Of a DNA stretch of 32,000 bases, positions 13,701-27,784 are shown piece by piece. A model generated the notes under the pieces. That model saw nothing but the letters and a program-made list of their open reading frames with translations. It did no database searches and was not told the origin of the DNA. Each line of letters opens with the position of its first letter. The first letter of the stretch is position 1. Position numbers and translations under genes: made by a program. This stretch comes from Zygophlyctis sp. KS116 (Eukaryota > Fungi > Chytridiomycota): positions 30,001-62,000 of the forward strand of contig BAAFSQ010000002.1 of the NCBI GenBank assembly GCA_054661495.1. Direction: 5' to 3'.

Positions 13701-14689
13701 TAATTCCCCATATAGATATACGAGACAAATGCAACCAAAGATATTATAATCGAAGAAGAAAAGAATATTGCATCATTTGAAGCCTTTAAATAGTTTGCCT
13801 TTTTGATAAATTTTAATTCTAAACATCTTTGTTCTTGAATCTTTTGTATAAATGGCCTTTCCCATCCATACATTTTTATAACCAAAAACCCAGAAAACAT
13901 ATCAGAGAGAGCCTTTATCCTCTCATCTCTAAATTCACTAGCTTTCCCTCTAATTTTCCCAAACATTTTAGCAAAAACCCCTTGTAAAGGTATAAATAAA
14001 AACAATGTCATTATTGCAGGAAATGCAGCCCAAGAAATTTCACGATAAATCAAAAAAGTGCATATAAATACTTCCAACGGTGCAATTACTAAATACGCCA
14101 AAAAAGGAGCCAAATCTTCAAACCTTTGAACATCATTTGACACCAAATTAACTAATTTTGTAAGAATTTTGTAAATAAAATTACCAATTATCCCAGTCAT
14201 TGAAGAATCACTTCCCGACAACATTAAACATTTTTCATAAATTATCCCAATAAATCCTACTCTTAAATTCATTCCAATTCTAGTAGAAACAAAAAAAATA
14301 ACATGATGTAATACCATTGCCCCGAATTGACAAGCCAACATCCCAAAAGCCAATAACAAACCAATAGAAATATTTTGATTTCTATTTATCCAAGCCAACA
14401 ACTCCCCTAAAAACACTGCCGTCCCAATTTTACAAGCACTTTCTAATAAATACCAAATAAATATAGAAAGATATCTCTTTCCAAATACTTTTAATATCAA
14501 CCTTTTAAGATTTCTAGATTCATTCCATTCCCTATTAAAGTCTTTAGAGAGGTTTAAAGAGCTATCAATGGTTTCAATGAGAGGAAAATCCTTTACTTCC
14601 AATTCCCTTGTAGAGCCCAATTTAGCCAATGGTCCAAAATATGAAAATGTCCATTGAGAAAGAAAAGACACTGAGTTTCTCTGTTGCAT
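10739..14689 (-). CDS. ABC transporter subfamily C (ABCC4/MRP4-like, no TMD0), ~1287 aa, 3 introns (14184-14152, 12242-12216, 11984-11958)
   Basis: NBD1 has GMVGAGKSS, LSGGQRARIALARA and LLDDPLSAVD. NBD2 has GRTGAGKSS, WSVGERQL, IMDEATSNVD and IAHRL. There are two TMDs. Confidence 0.94.
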
Positions 14690-14692
14690 TTC

Positions 14693-14721
14693 TCTAATTC
14701 TAGTCTAATTCTAGTCTAATT
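14693..14721. repeat. Tandem repeat (TCTAATTCTAG) x2.6 in the ABCC/SDE2 divergent intergenic region
   Basis: Directly visible as tctaattctag tctaattctag tctaatt. Confidence 0.8.
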
Positions 14722-14783
14722 TTCTCAATTATAAAGGAAAATCTGGGATTTTATTCTAAATTTAGTATTAATTGAGTATTTGA

Positions 14784-15380
14784 ATGACATCAACTATAAA
14801 GTTATCAAATTCAAGTTCATGGACTCTTTCAACTTGTAAAATTAAGGAAATTCATGGCTATATTCAGGAAAAATACAAAGAGTTGAGTTATTTTCTGATT
14901 TATAATGGGAAAATACTCTCAGAGACAGAGAATGTAGAGGACGGTGGGACTGTTTGGTTGGTGCCAAGAGTATTGGGAGGAAAAGGTGGTTTTGGCTCCA
15001 AATTAAAGTCTCAAGGCAGGAAAAAGATTCAAGTCTCTAATTCCTCTTGTAGAGATTTACAAGGGAATAGATTATCTACTCTACAGAAAAATCAGGATTT
15101 GGCAGTTTATTTAAAAAAGGATCAAGAGGCAAAGGCTCAAAAGGAAAAGGATATTGATGACAAGATAGAGCTGGGATTAAGAGGTTTTCAGGCTCAAAAA
15201 GTAAAATTGGATGATACTAGTTTAAATTTGGATATGGAAGAGTCGTTTGATGGGGTGCATGATGCAGTTCAAAAGGCTTTTTCTAAATCTGGTCAATCTT
15301 TAGGGAAAATGGCAGACTCTATAAAAAAAGTTAAATGGGAGGAAGAGGTGGAGGAATATAAAAGTTCAGATGATGAATAA
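14784..15380 (+). CDS. SDE2: Splicing regulator SDE2 (N-terminal ubiquitin fold cleaved at GG|KGG), 198 aa, intronless
   Basis: A ubiquitin-like N-terminus ends in PRVLGG|KGGFGSKLK, followed by SCRDLQGNRL (family consensus CRDLSGRRL). Confidence 0.9.
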   Translation: MTSTIKLSNSSSWTLSTCKIKEIHGYIQEKYKELSYFLIYNGKILSETENVEDGGTVWLVPRVLGGKGGFGSKLKSQGRKKIQVSNSSCRDLQGNRLSTLQKNQDLAVYLKKDQEAKAQKEKDIDDKIELGLRGFQAQKVKLDDTSLNLDMEESFDGVHDAVQKAFSKSGQSLGKMADSIKKVKWEEEVEEYKSSDDE

Positions 15381-15403
15381 TTTGTATTTTTTTTAATACA
15401 AGT

Positions 15404-18400
15404 TTATCGCACTAATCTGGAAATGTTTGACAAGTGTTTGAGTGTTTCTAAAAGTAATTGATAATCTTCATCATTGATTCCACTAGGTACAATGTTGGAA
15501 CCTTTTTGGATCATGTCTAGACAATTATAATCTATAATTTTAAAAAAAGGTTAAATACCTGAAATGAGTCGTTTTTCAAGATTAACTAGAGACTCAACCA
15601 AATTCACGCGTTTAATGCATACTTTGGCCTTTTCACAGTCATAAACTAGGATCCAGACTAGAGAGGTACACGCTGATAGGATTTTTAGGGATTTAGAACT
15701 AGTGATTTTTCCCAACTTGATCATGATTTTATCTAGAAATTTAGATTTTTTAAATACCATCAACTAGAAAATGTGCCTTGTTTTCTTTAAGAGATGCAAG
15801 ATTACGCAATACTATCAAGGTGCTAAGTCTAGTAGATATTGATTTAGAGGAAAGTAAATCCAAAAATAAATACAGTATTCCTGCAATTAATTTTAGAAAA
15901 TTACCAGAGATTCGGATTATACAAGATTGTCCATCTGCTGTAAAAGTTATATTTACCAAATATTCTAGCAATATTTCAATGCATGAGTTTTGTTTAAGTT
16001 TAATAAATCGGTTAATAGTATCTGGTATTTTAAGTGTTAGCCATGACTTTTCTTTAGTAAGATTGAATTACTTTAAGTAGTACTCCACGAGACTCTGGAT
16101 TTAAAGCAAGAGCTTTAACCAAGTCGGCACATGCATAAAAACATTCAGGAGAACATGAACTTTTCGACATCATTTTAAGTATCACATCTAAAATAGATGA
16201 CGATTCTGCTCTTCCACTGCGAAATGATTCCAACAGCTTTTTCTTGGTTTTTTGACAATTTGAAATCAAATTTCGAACACAACATAGAGTCTCAAGTAGC
16301 ATAGGCTCGGCTAGACCTTTCAATATCAAGATTTCATATAATATAGGGGCTATTCCAATGCATGAAATCTTGACTTGCTCATAGCCAGCTAAAAGATGGC
16401 GAAATAAAGCTACTACGATAAATAAAAAAATTTGGGACGCCTCGTCAACCTTGCTAGATCCACTAATACCTTCCAAAACTTGTATAGCTCGTTTCTCCAG
16501 GAATAATGGCAATTCAGCCTTTAATGCCTCCATCTTGACATATCCACACCTTCCTAATAGACATTGAAGGCTTAATCTAACCGATTCCATGTATGGGGGG
16601 TCGGCCGGATCATAATTTTCAATGAGAATCTGCACCAATTCATGATAAAAAGAAATACCCATACATTCCACTTCATGGTCAACCTCAATCTCCGATTCCA
16701 AATAGACATTTAAATCTAGAAAAACGATTTCTCCAAAGTGAAGAGTAAAGAGTCGAGATATAAGATAACAGCCCACTCTCCTTGAATTTGTGTCTTCTCG
16801 CGACTTGATTAGGCGAAGACATGTTTTCAAGATTTGAAATAAAACATTTTGGTCTTGAAGAAAATCAAGAATATCATTTGATTTTTGATCGAATCCTCCA
16901 GATAGAAAATCTCCAAGAGTATGGCATGCCATTATAATTGGGCTCACTTCTGGAGAATCCCCGACTTTAACATTGCTTGTAATTATCTGCTTTATGTGCA
17001 TTAACAGATTTGTTTTAGACAATAAATATGATCGCAGTGCCTCTTCTTCAAATGTCAAAACTCTGATTATTTGAAATACGTTACATTGAATACGCGATAT
17101 AGACGAACTATTTAATTTACTGAATTGAGTTTGTCGAAAGCGCTCAAAAAGCGCCGATTCAGGATCCCCCGGACTGACAGACGAATCCATATTCGATCCT
17201 AAATATTCTATGAGTATTGGCCATAATTCAAATTCTAAAAGCTTTTCATTCCAATAGCTAAAAGGCAAAATAAGAGAAAGGTTTAAAAGAAGCTCGATCA
17301 AAGCTGCTCTAAAACTAACAGAAGTTTGCGGCCATGATTCCATAATTTCCTTGAGTTGTTCAAAGAAACAGGCTTGTTCAAATTTTTTAATTAGAGGGGC
17401 AAGAGCGCCCTCATCCGATGGATATCGCTGCATTTCTTCACCAAATTCTGATACGGATTTTCTCTCTTGGCTTTGGAGAAAAAGAAAATTGTTTATGATG
17501 AGAAGAGATTCCATCCGAATCATTTCGTGACGATCAAAATCTAGAACATATAATATTGCCATGTCCAAAAACCGGGGAATTTTTTGATTTAACAATTCAG
17601 AACTGCCTTTTCTATGCATTATTAACTTAATCAAAGAATACATCAATATAAAATTGGAAAGGATTCCCAATCCAAGTTTTTGGATCACCATATCATCATC
17701 ATTAAGAAGGGACAAGAGCCATGTAATATCTTCCCCAAAAAGCCAATGATCCCCCCATAGGCACCAATCAGCAACTGTGCTGAAAGATATTACTGACCGA
17801 GAAAGATTTCTAAGACACAGAATTGTCCAGCGATAAACGCATGCATCTTTAAAAGTAAATGAATTTCCATCTGCAAAATGTGCAAATGTTTCTTGAAACG
17901 ATCCAATTATTTGAACGAGAAGACGTATTAAATGACTTATGGTTTCCGCATTAACAGTGGTAAGCAGAGATTGTAGGCTTGAAAAAGTCAAGATGCAAGA
18001 AAGACAATTCAACCGTAGAAAATGGCTCCGACTAAGTGACTTTTCTGAAGAAAACACAAAAAATGCAAAATCTACAATAGTCTTGACGCATTTAGAATTG
18101 TTTGAGATTCTGCATAACTGCGATTGATCCAATTTTCTAAACACCGAGGCGAGAAATCCAATTATTTCCGTTGAAAGACTCATTATTGTATTGTCGATAC
18201 TTTCCTTGTGAGCTTGTTCATAGAGTATTGGAAGTAGCACTGATTGAATCGAATCCAGGAATTCATCATCAATTAGAGTAGACGCTGGAAGGATGCGTAG
18301 AAGTCGGCTCGAGAAATATAAAATCTTTGATAAAAGGCATCGATCGTCTGCGCTAGCAGGGGCCACCTTAATGAATCTATGGAGTAAATCAAAAAAATTA

Positions 18401-21400
18401 AAGCTACCTATGTATCATTTCATGGACTTTCTCTAAAGACAAGGTATTTTCGCTTAAATCAAGCAATAAGATACCCGTTATTTCATGAAACGTCCGCTCG
18501 AATTCCCCATGCGATTTCGCGGATTTAAGGCGATCCAGCGTATTAGCAATGTAAGAGGAATAAACGTCTTCAAAGTTTTCCTTTTGTTGAAATTCATCAA
18601 AAGGCATCTTCGCAATTGAGCGATAATCTATTATAAGTCAACAAACTGTACGTACCGACGAGGAATTCCTTGACAAATCCCAACCGAACTTCATCAAGAG
18701 AAAGCTGATAAACTTTTGAAAAGCGTTCAACCGGACTGTAATGAATAAAGCTATCCACGATTAAATTTGGAGCAACAACTGTTTCCAATCCGGCATTTTG
18801 ATCGCTCCTAGAGAAATTGGAAATAAAATAGTGAGCTGCAATGCGGCAGAAATTATACCTTATTTCTGTATTGGAGTGAAAGCAAACTATAATTAGATTA
18901 ATTCAATATTTACGTCTGCCCAGTTTTAATAAAATATTTTGGCCATAATATGAAAGGTCAATCCCATTTCTTTTGTATTCATACAATACTCGTAGGATTC
19001 TGGTAAGATAAACTAAAGTATCAGCGTCCGAGCTATAATCTAAGATTTTTTCAATACAAAAGTCTATAAATTGTGATTCAATCAGTTTTTCTTGAACAAT
19101 ATTCCCTATATTTATTAAACAACACTTACAATTGATCACAGTGGAAATGCGATAAATTGCATTTTTCTTTTCCTCTAAAGACGAATTATCACTGAAGCAG
19201 ATTGGAATATTTTCTTTAATATATGCATGAACCTAATAATTATAATCTCTCTTGTATACATCCTTCTTTTCAAGAATATTCTCGTTATTTGTTTCATCTG
19301 AAATGGCTAGTCTGGAAATCATCCCTGCTGGAATCAAAAAACAATCCGCCAAGTCTTGATTAGTTGTCGAATCTTCGCTATCAACTATTTTGAGAGTTCG
19401 TAGCTCTTCAATTGCACGCTGCCTTAATCTATGTTGTAAAAACAAATTGCGAATATATATACCGGGAGTTTCGGGAAAGAAGAACAGTGATCCAAAAAAT
19501 AACCTTTTCATTGACCGTCATAGATTGGCTGATTTTTGAGTAAGCCGAGTCGAATAACTGACCCGGATCACTAGCGATCATCCATGGCATAAGTTGCTTA
19601 ACCAAATCCAAATCATTGGTTTTGCTAAAGAAATGACCCAATATTTTATATGTCGTATTTTTGATCTAAAGATTTAATTGAAAGCGAATTGTTACGTTAT
19701 CTTGCTGATCAAATAGCCCCTTTTCTACTAAAAAAGTAAGCAGGCTGAAATCTTCAACAAATGCCATTGCAATCAAATATGAATCCATGTAATAATGAAT
19801 TAGGCGCTGATATGCTTCAAATCTTATCCATGGCTGAAAATGTGACAAAAAGTAAAAGTAGGAATCTCGTATAAATTCCACGTCTTCTGTTTTCAGAAGA
19901 AATGTTAGAAATGAGCCAGGCAAAGAATGAGAATAAGCAGTATCTAAAAGAGCGTCAATCGCAGTTAAAATAGAAGTCTTTGAAACCTAAGTTTACCAAT
20001 TCTCCAAATTACCTCAACAACCGAAGCGAGACAGCTCAAAGTTCTGAGGGCAAAATATAGTAACTCCTCTTTGATTTGTAATAAATATGAATCGGTAGCG
20101 TCTACTTTTTCAAAAGATCCAAAAGCATCCGATATATGACAAAAATAGAATAAAACAAGATTTTCCGAGTATGATTGTGAAACTCCATCAGAATCGCGAG
20201 AGAGTTTGTTTATAACATATTCAATGTGTAACTTTAAAAAAGGCAGAGCGCCGTATAATATTCGAAGTAGCAGTGGGATCAAGTCGATATATTTCATCAT
20301 ACCAATCAACTTGATAAAGATTTCATGTGCAGCAAAAGGTAAAGAAATAGAATAATCCACTGAAGTCGTAGAGTCCACATTTTCCGGACCAGGTGCATTT
20401 AAAGAAGTATTGGGAGTGTTATTCACTGGAGTAGCTGAATAAAGAGGAGAAATAATATCTGCCGACTTTCGAAAGAGCTTCGACCATTCCATAATCAATG
20501 TTTCCAGATATTCCAGATTTTGATAAAGCCTTGGATCACTCTCAGAGTCCAGCCCATTCATAATTGACTAAGGTTAGTGATGTAAATATTACACGAAAAA
20601 GTTGTGATCTTTGCAAGAATATGTTTGATCCAACATCTATAGAAAGAATGTCAAAAAGTCTACCCTCTTCATTCACATCTACGGTAGGAGAATTGACAAT
20701 TGAACAAAAATGCGAAACAATATCTTCATCGATTGGACTCAAATAGACATGTTCAAATGAAATAAAAGAATTGGGAACATAAGGAGGCCCTTGATAATCA
20801 GTTGCTTAAAATTAGAAATTAAGAAATCACCTTGAGGCTTTTTACGAATTCTTTCTGGTGATCTTCGTATATGAATATTATGAGGACTAGAAATTGTTCT
20901 AAAACTTGTTCTAGTTTCGTCTTCGCGAAAAATTGGTGAAGATGTCCTATGTATAATTGAATCCGTCATTTTAATTGATTTCTGCCCCGTTCCTTCTCTT
21001 TTTAAATGTGATTGATTTTGTACTTCTTGTCCGATATTGATATTACCATAATGAATATTTTCATCAGGAGTAATTAAAATCTGAATCAGTTCATTCACCA
21101 ATCCACGAATATGTACAGTAATAGCCTTTTTTTCTATATTCCTTAATAATCGTATTCCTCCTTCTTCCAAAATACGCTTCTTCCCATATGATTTCTTGCG
21201 CATTAAAATATAATTAATACCGTTGCTATTTCTTTCAGAAGTCTAAGAACATTATCCCATTTACTCTGATATTCCACTCCTTCCTGAGTAAGCCATGATA
21301 TTAGATTTTCCACCAAACGATGTTCGTGACTCAACTGTACTTTCCATTAATAAATGCATTATTACCAACGTTTAGAATACCGGTTTTAAGTTTAAATTCA

Positions 21401-21471
21401 ATAGTCCGCAATGCTCTATTCCTAACTTCCTCCAATGAATGGTTGAGTTTATCAACAATACTTGAATTCAT
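15404..21471 (-). CDS. RTTN: Rotatin (centriole/basal-body ARM-repeat protein), ~1868 aa, 17 introns of 24-34 nt
   Basis: The N-terminus KLNHSLEEVRNRALRTIEFKL...VQLSHEHRLVENLISWL matches the RTTN_N pattern (human KLGHQLAEIRERAL...), followed by a long helical solenoid. Introns: 21365-21340, 21220-21195, 20830-20805, 20592-20568, 20012-19987, 19695-19666, 19462-19429, 19259-19233, 19129-19106, 18913-18887, 18655-18628, 18407-18377, 17641-17612, 16071-16047, 15904-15881, 15757-15733, 15558-15532. These join the fragmented minus-strand ORFs into one frame. Confidence 0.82.
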
Positions 21472-21581
21472 GACGGAGATTATACTTGTAATAAATCGTG
21501 AAATATCCAGCCATTGATGGATCGGCATGAAATAGCATTAGTATCGTTCGGATTGCATTGATAAGCACTTTCCGATCATAC

Positions 21582-23216
21582 ATGCCACATCATTTTCGTT
21601 TAATCGGAAGTATTATCAGTTACTCTACGGAATTAATGAAACAGGCAGCACAACATAAATCTCCAGAAAATGCATTTCATGACCTGTCTGCATTCTCTTC
21701 TCACTTTCGGCAAAAGATAATTAAAGAGTTTGATCTGCTGGATAGTGTCTCAGATTTTGGGAATATCTCCCAACCGATATTCAATACAAAGGATTTTGCA
21801 GGTATTTATTAAAAGTCATAATCAATAGATCCTAAGCTACGCTCAAAAATGATGCTGGATAATCCTTTTCAATTGATAAAGTTTCATCAGTATCAACGGA
21901 GTGGAAACGCTGCCATTGATAAACGATTCACCCGGACGCGAAACATTCACTCGTTGCCGATTGGCGTATGGGCAGGCACTATAGTAAATCATCATGTATT
22001 TCAATGGATTCTTCAAGGACTAATATTTATTAATATGATACTCTTGGCAGTTGATGCAGAGTTAATATTACAAAAAGGAGGGAAAAACACTGTATTTCTT
22101 GATTTCATGAAAATATTTAATGCATTGATAATCATACTCTTATGGACAGAATTTATACTTAGGCTATTGGATAATCCATCATTTTTTAGGAAAAATGGAT
22201 TTATTATGACTGAATCTCTAATTACAATTATTAGCACATTTCCAGAAATTGCAGAATATTTTGGCACTAATAATTGGTTTAGAGCAATTAGGCTCTTGAA
22301 ATTGTTCAAGTTGGTGATACAATCATCATCAATGCGATTAATAATTTTAACCATTCTAAGAGCGTTCAAGGTAAATCATTGTTTAATAAGTCTAGTCAAT
22401 GTCGTATATAATGACCTTTGTTTTTATTGTATTTTATGTTTATGGTAATTATACTTACTTTAAAATTCAAGGGATTGTAATGGTTAATCTTTTTGAAGAT
22501 TATACAAAGAGTAGAATGGTGATAAATTACCGTGATTATGTAAGTTTAAAAGTTTTAAGATCTAGTTTGATACATTTTTACATTCAATATTATCCTTGTT
22601 TCAATTAATTACCCTTGATACTTGGGATCATATTAATAGAGATGTACTCAAAGTTACAGATCCTATATGGACACAAATAGTAATCATTTCTTGGGTTTGG
22701 TTGGGCTGTTTTATTTTTAGAGGTATATTTACTGGTGTCATTATTCAAAATTTTGATCGGATTGCTGATTCAATAAAACAAGAAAAGGCTCAACAAGAAA
22801 TGAAGGCTCAAAAAGAACGGATGCATAAACTAAAGAATAAGCTAGATCAAGAAATTAGTAAGCAACATGAAATAGCAAACTCTGTTTCAAATTTGAAAAA
22901 TACAATGGAAGGAATTTTAGCATCATCTGAAAATATTTTTGATGAATCACAAGCATCTCTTCTTTCGACTGAAGGGATGGAACGTATAATTAAAAACATC
23001 CAAAAGCTTATCAAAGAATCTTATGGAACATCAACATCTTGGGAGAAAAATATTGCTGAAGCCATGAAATCTCTCACAGATAATCATAAAGAATCAGACT
23101 GGCCACGAGATACATTATTCAAGTACTTCCAAACTATGCAAGAGTTACAAGAGAACATGCGAGAATTTCAAGAATTGGATCGCATTGCAGCATTGATGCT
23201 TCTTGAAATGAATTAA
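21582..23216 (+). CDS. CATSPER2: CatSper alpha subunit 2-like 6TM Ca2+ channel, ~509 aa (alternative start 21636), 4 introns (21802-21828, 22371-22395, 22445-22471, 22540-22565)
   Basis: The N-terminal FRQKIIKEFDLLD...FQLIKF...PIGVWAG pattern, S4 FRAIRLLKLFK, pore LFQLITLDTW, post-S6 coiled coil and C-terminal WPRDTLFKYFQ all parallel CatSper2 (TLDHW; WPRDSLFRYF). Confidence 0.85.
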
Positions 23217-23275
23217 TTTTTAAAGTTGTCCGAACATTGATTCCTTCTTCGCCGTTAGTTGAGGGTTATTGAACA

Positions 23276-26023
<2,748 letters not shown>

Positions 26024-26060
26024 TTTATTAACGGATCAGGGTTTTTGTAGAGTTGTTGAA

Positions 26061-26201
26061 ATATTCGGACAAAATGTAAAAGTAGGACAGAACATTCAAT
26101 CCTCATTATAGGATGGGACAGCAACAAGTTAAAAGGCGCTGCTGTCACACTTTACTTCTCAGCAGCATTGCTGATTCAACAATGTCGGATGTGACGGCAT
26201 C
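26061..26201 (+). repeat. Block A, copy 1. It includes the GACAGCA...TGCTGTC inverted repeat (26117-26146) and a signal-peptide-coding remnant (26155-26201).
   Basis: Direct repeat of 27092-27230. Confidence 0.85.
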
Positions 26202-26202
26202 A

Positions 26203-26339
26203 ATCGTGGCATATGAGATAAATCCATGAGAAGTTTTCATACTCATGGATTTGGTAATCACATAAAGAAGGGTAACAGAATCAATGATATCATCATAAGA
26301 TATTCCTATAGTCAGATGAGATTACATGCCGCACGGATT
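26203..26339 (+). repeat. Block B, copy 1: palindrome-rich upstream element of secreted-protein gene 1
   Basis: Direct repeat of 27785-27934 with perfectly identical stretches of 66 nt and 35 nt. It has an 11-bp inverted repeat at 26220-26252 and the palindrome ATGATATCAT at 26284-26293. Confidence 0.9.
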
Positions 26340-26382
26340 TTCCACAGCCACTGAACCGACCGACCGCAATCTATTATTAAAA

Positions 26383-26838
26383 ATGATCCTTCCATCAGCA
26401 CTGCTTATGATTCTAACCTCTTATGTAGCGGATGTAACTGCCTCGACAATTCCAACTTATCAAATGATTTTCAGTTATGCACTTGCCAATGGGTCTTTGC
26501 CAGTAAGTTTGAATTATACATTTGGGGGATTTCAATCACAACTTCATCAAATAGATTCTTCTCTAACGAATCATGAGTCTGAGCTCTTGGATTACAACAA
26601 AACGATTGGTTCATCTGCTTCAAAAAGTGTTGTTCCAAACATGGTTAAAGTGAACTTTAAGAGATCATCGGATGAGAAATTTTATTCCCTTGCATCTTTT
26701 AATGCTAGTTGCGACAATGTTGTGCATCAGGAATTTTTAGGAAATGGATCTAATCTGATCTTTGGCTACGCATGCGGAATAACTCATCCGGTTTTCTCAC
26801 GACCATTTCAGCGATTTCCAATCCCAGTCCAACTTTAG
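26383..26838 (+). CDS. Small secreted protein of unknown family, paralog 1 (151 aa; in-frame upstream ATG at 26326), intronless
   Basis: It has a signal-peptide-like MILPSALLMILTSYVADVTA|S and two Cys conserved with paralog 3. Confidence 0.75.
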   Translation: MILPSALLMILTSYVADVTASTIPTYQMIFSYALANGSLPVSLNYTFGGFQSQLHQIDSSLTNHESELLDYNKTIGSSASKSVVPNMVKVNFKRSSDEKFYSLASFNASCDNVVHQEFLGNGSNLIFGYACGITHPVFSRPFQRFPIPVQL

Positions 26839-27091
26839 GCTTTAAGGGCGCAATAGTAACAACTAACAGGGAAACTTTTGACTGTTGGCAAGTTCAAGAT
26901 TAATAAAAATTAATCTTGTGAAATGTTTTAGAGCTTTTTTGAATCCATGTTGAAAATCTTAATCCACATCCACTATAAATTGAAAAATCCATACCAGAGA
27001 ATACAATCAACCAGATCATCATACAATATTTGAGGATTTCTAGTAGGAAACTGACATGATCGGACAATAACCTGGACTAATCAGTTAAAAT

Positions 27092-27230
27092 ATATTCGGA
27101 CAAAATATAAAATGGGAGAGGATGGACAGCAACAAGTTAAAATGCGCTGCTGTCACACTTTCCTTCTTAAAAAAAAGGATGATCTTCTCAGAAGCATTGC
27201 TAGTTCAACTGTTCCGGATGTGACGACATC
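27092..27230 (+). repeat. Block A, copy 2
   Basis: Direct repeat of 26061-26201. Confidence 0.85.
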
Positions 27231-27667
27231 TCCAACACCACAGATTCGACAAATATTGGATCTCAGCATTGCCAAGTCTACTAAGCCTTCCCCAATTACA
27301 GATTTTGGGACTTCAGCTCTAGCGATCATCAATTATATGCGAAATCTTCCATATGCAATGATCATCTTGCAGTTTTAGACTACAACAAAATTATTGCTAA
27401 GAGCTTATATAATGGATCAGTCCAACTCCATGGAAAAGAAAGAAATCACGAAACTGTAATTCTCATAATTTTACTGCTATTTGCGAAAATTCATTGAAGA
27501 AGGAACTTATCACTCCCCGGGGTGGTTCTGTGCAGATTTGGTATATATGCGATCGGTTCATGGAACTGCCTAAAAATCCTCAACTACTGCGAACTTCTGG
27601 GCTAATTACTATTCCTGGACCAATACCAATGTTTCCCCAAAAAGAAGCTGCTGTTGACGTCTTTTGA
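27179..27667 (+). pseudogene. Frameshifted paralog 2 of the secreted-protein family
   Basis: Pieces in different frames (MIFSEALL / DVTTS..Q / NYRFWDFSSSDHQL...VLDYNKII / FTAICEN...WYICD) align with paralog 1 (MILPSALL / DVTAS / NYTFGGFQSQLHQI...LLDYNKTI / FNASCDN...GYACG). At least 3 frameshifts are needed. Confidence 0.8.
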
Positions 27668-27784
27668 TAATGAAGATGAGGACATTGTGGATTTTTAGCC
27701 GAGAATATTAATAATGATTAATATTGATAAACTATTTTGGGCTGTTTTGAATCCAAGAGTTGTGAGTAGAGCGATTTGAAATTG

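Noticed and set aside
13800-15380. GC-skew flip at the ABCC/SDE2 promoter (14341-14400: 14 C vs 4 G; 15301-15360: 19 G vs 3 C) as a replication origin
   Set aside because: It is explained adequately by divergent coding strands and amino-acid/codon composition. It cannot be separated from an origin signal without third-position analysis.
26270-26300. Box C/D snoRNA (ATGATGA on the minus strand of block B) or a spliceosomal snRNA
   Set aside because: There is no suitably placed D box or terminal stem in both copies, and no U1/U2/U4/U5/U6 signature sequence.
27112-27378. 88-aa ORF from the track as a real gene
   Set aside because: It runs through block A and across different frames of the decayed paralog, so it is better explained as part of the pseudogene.
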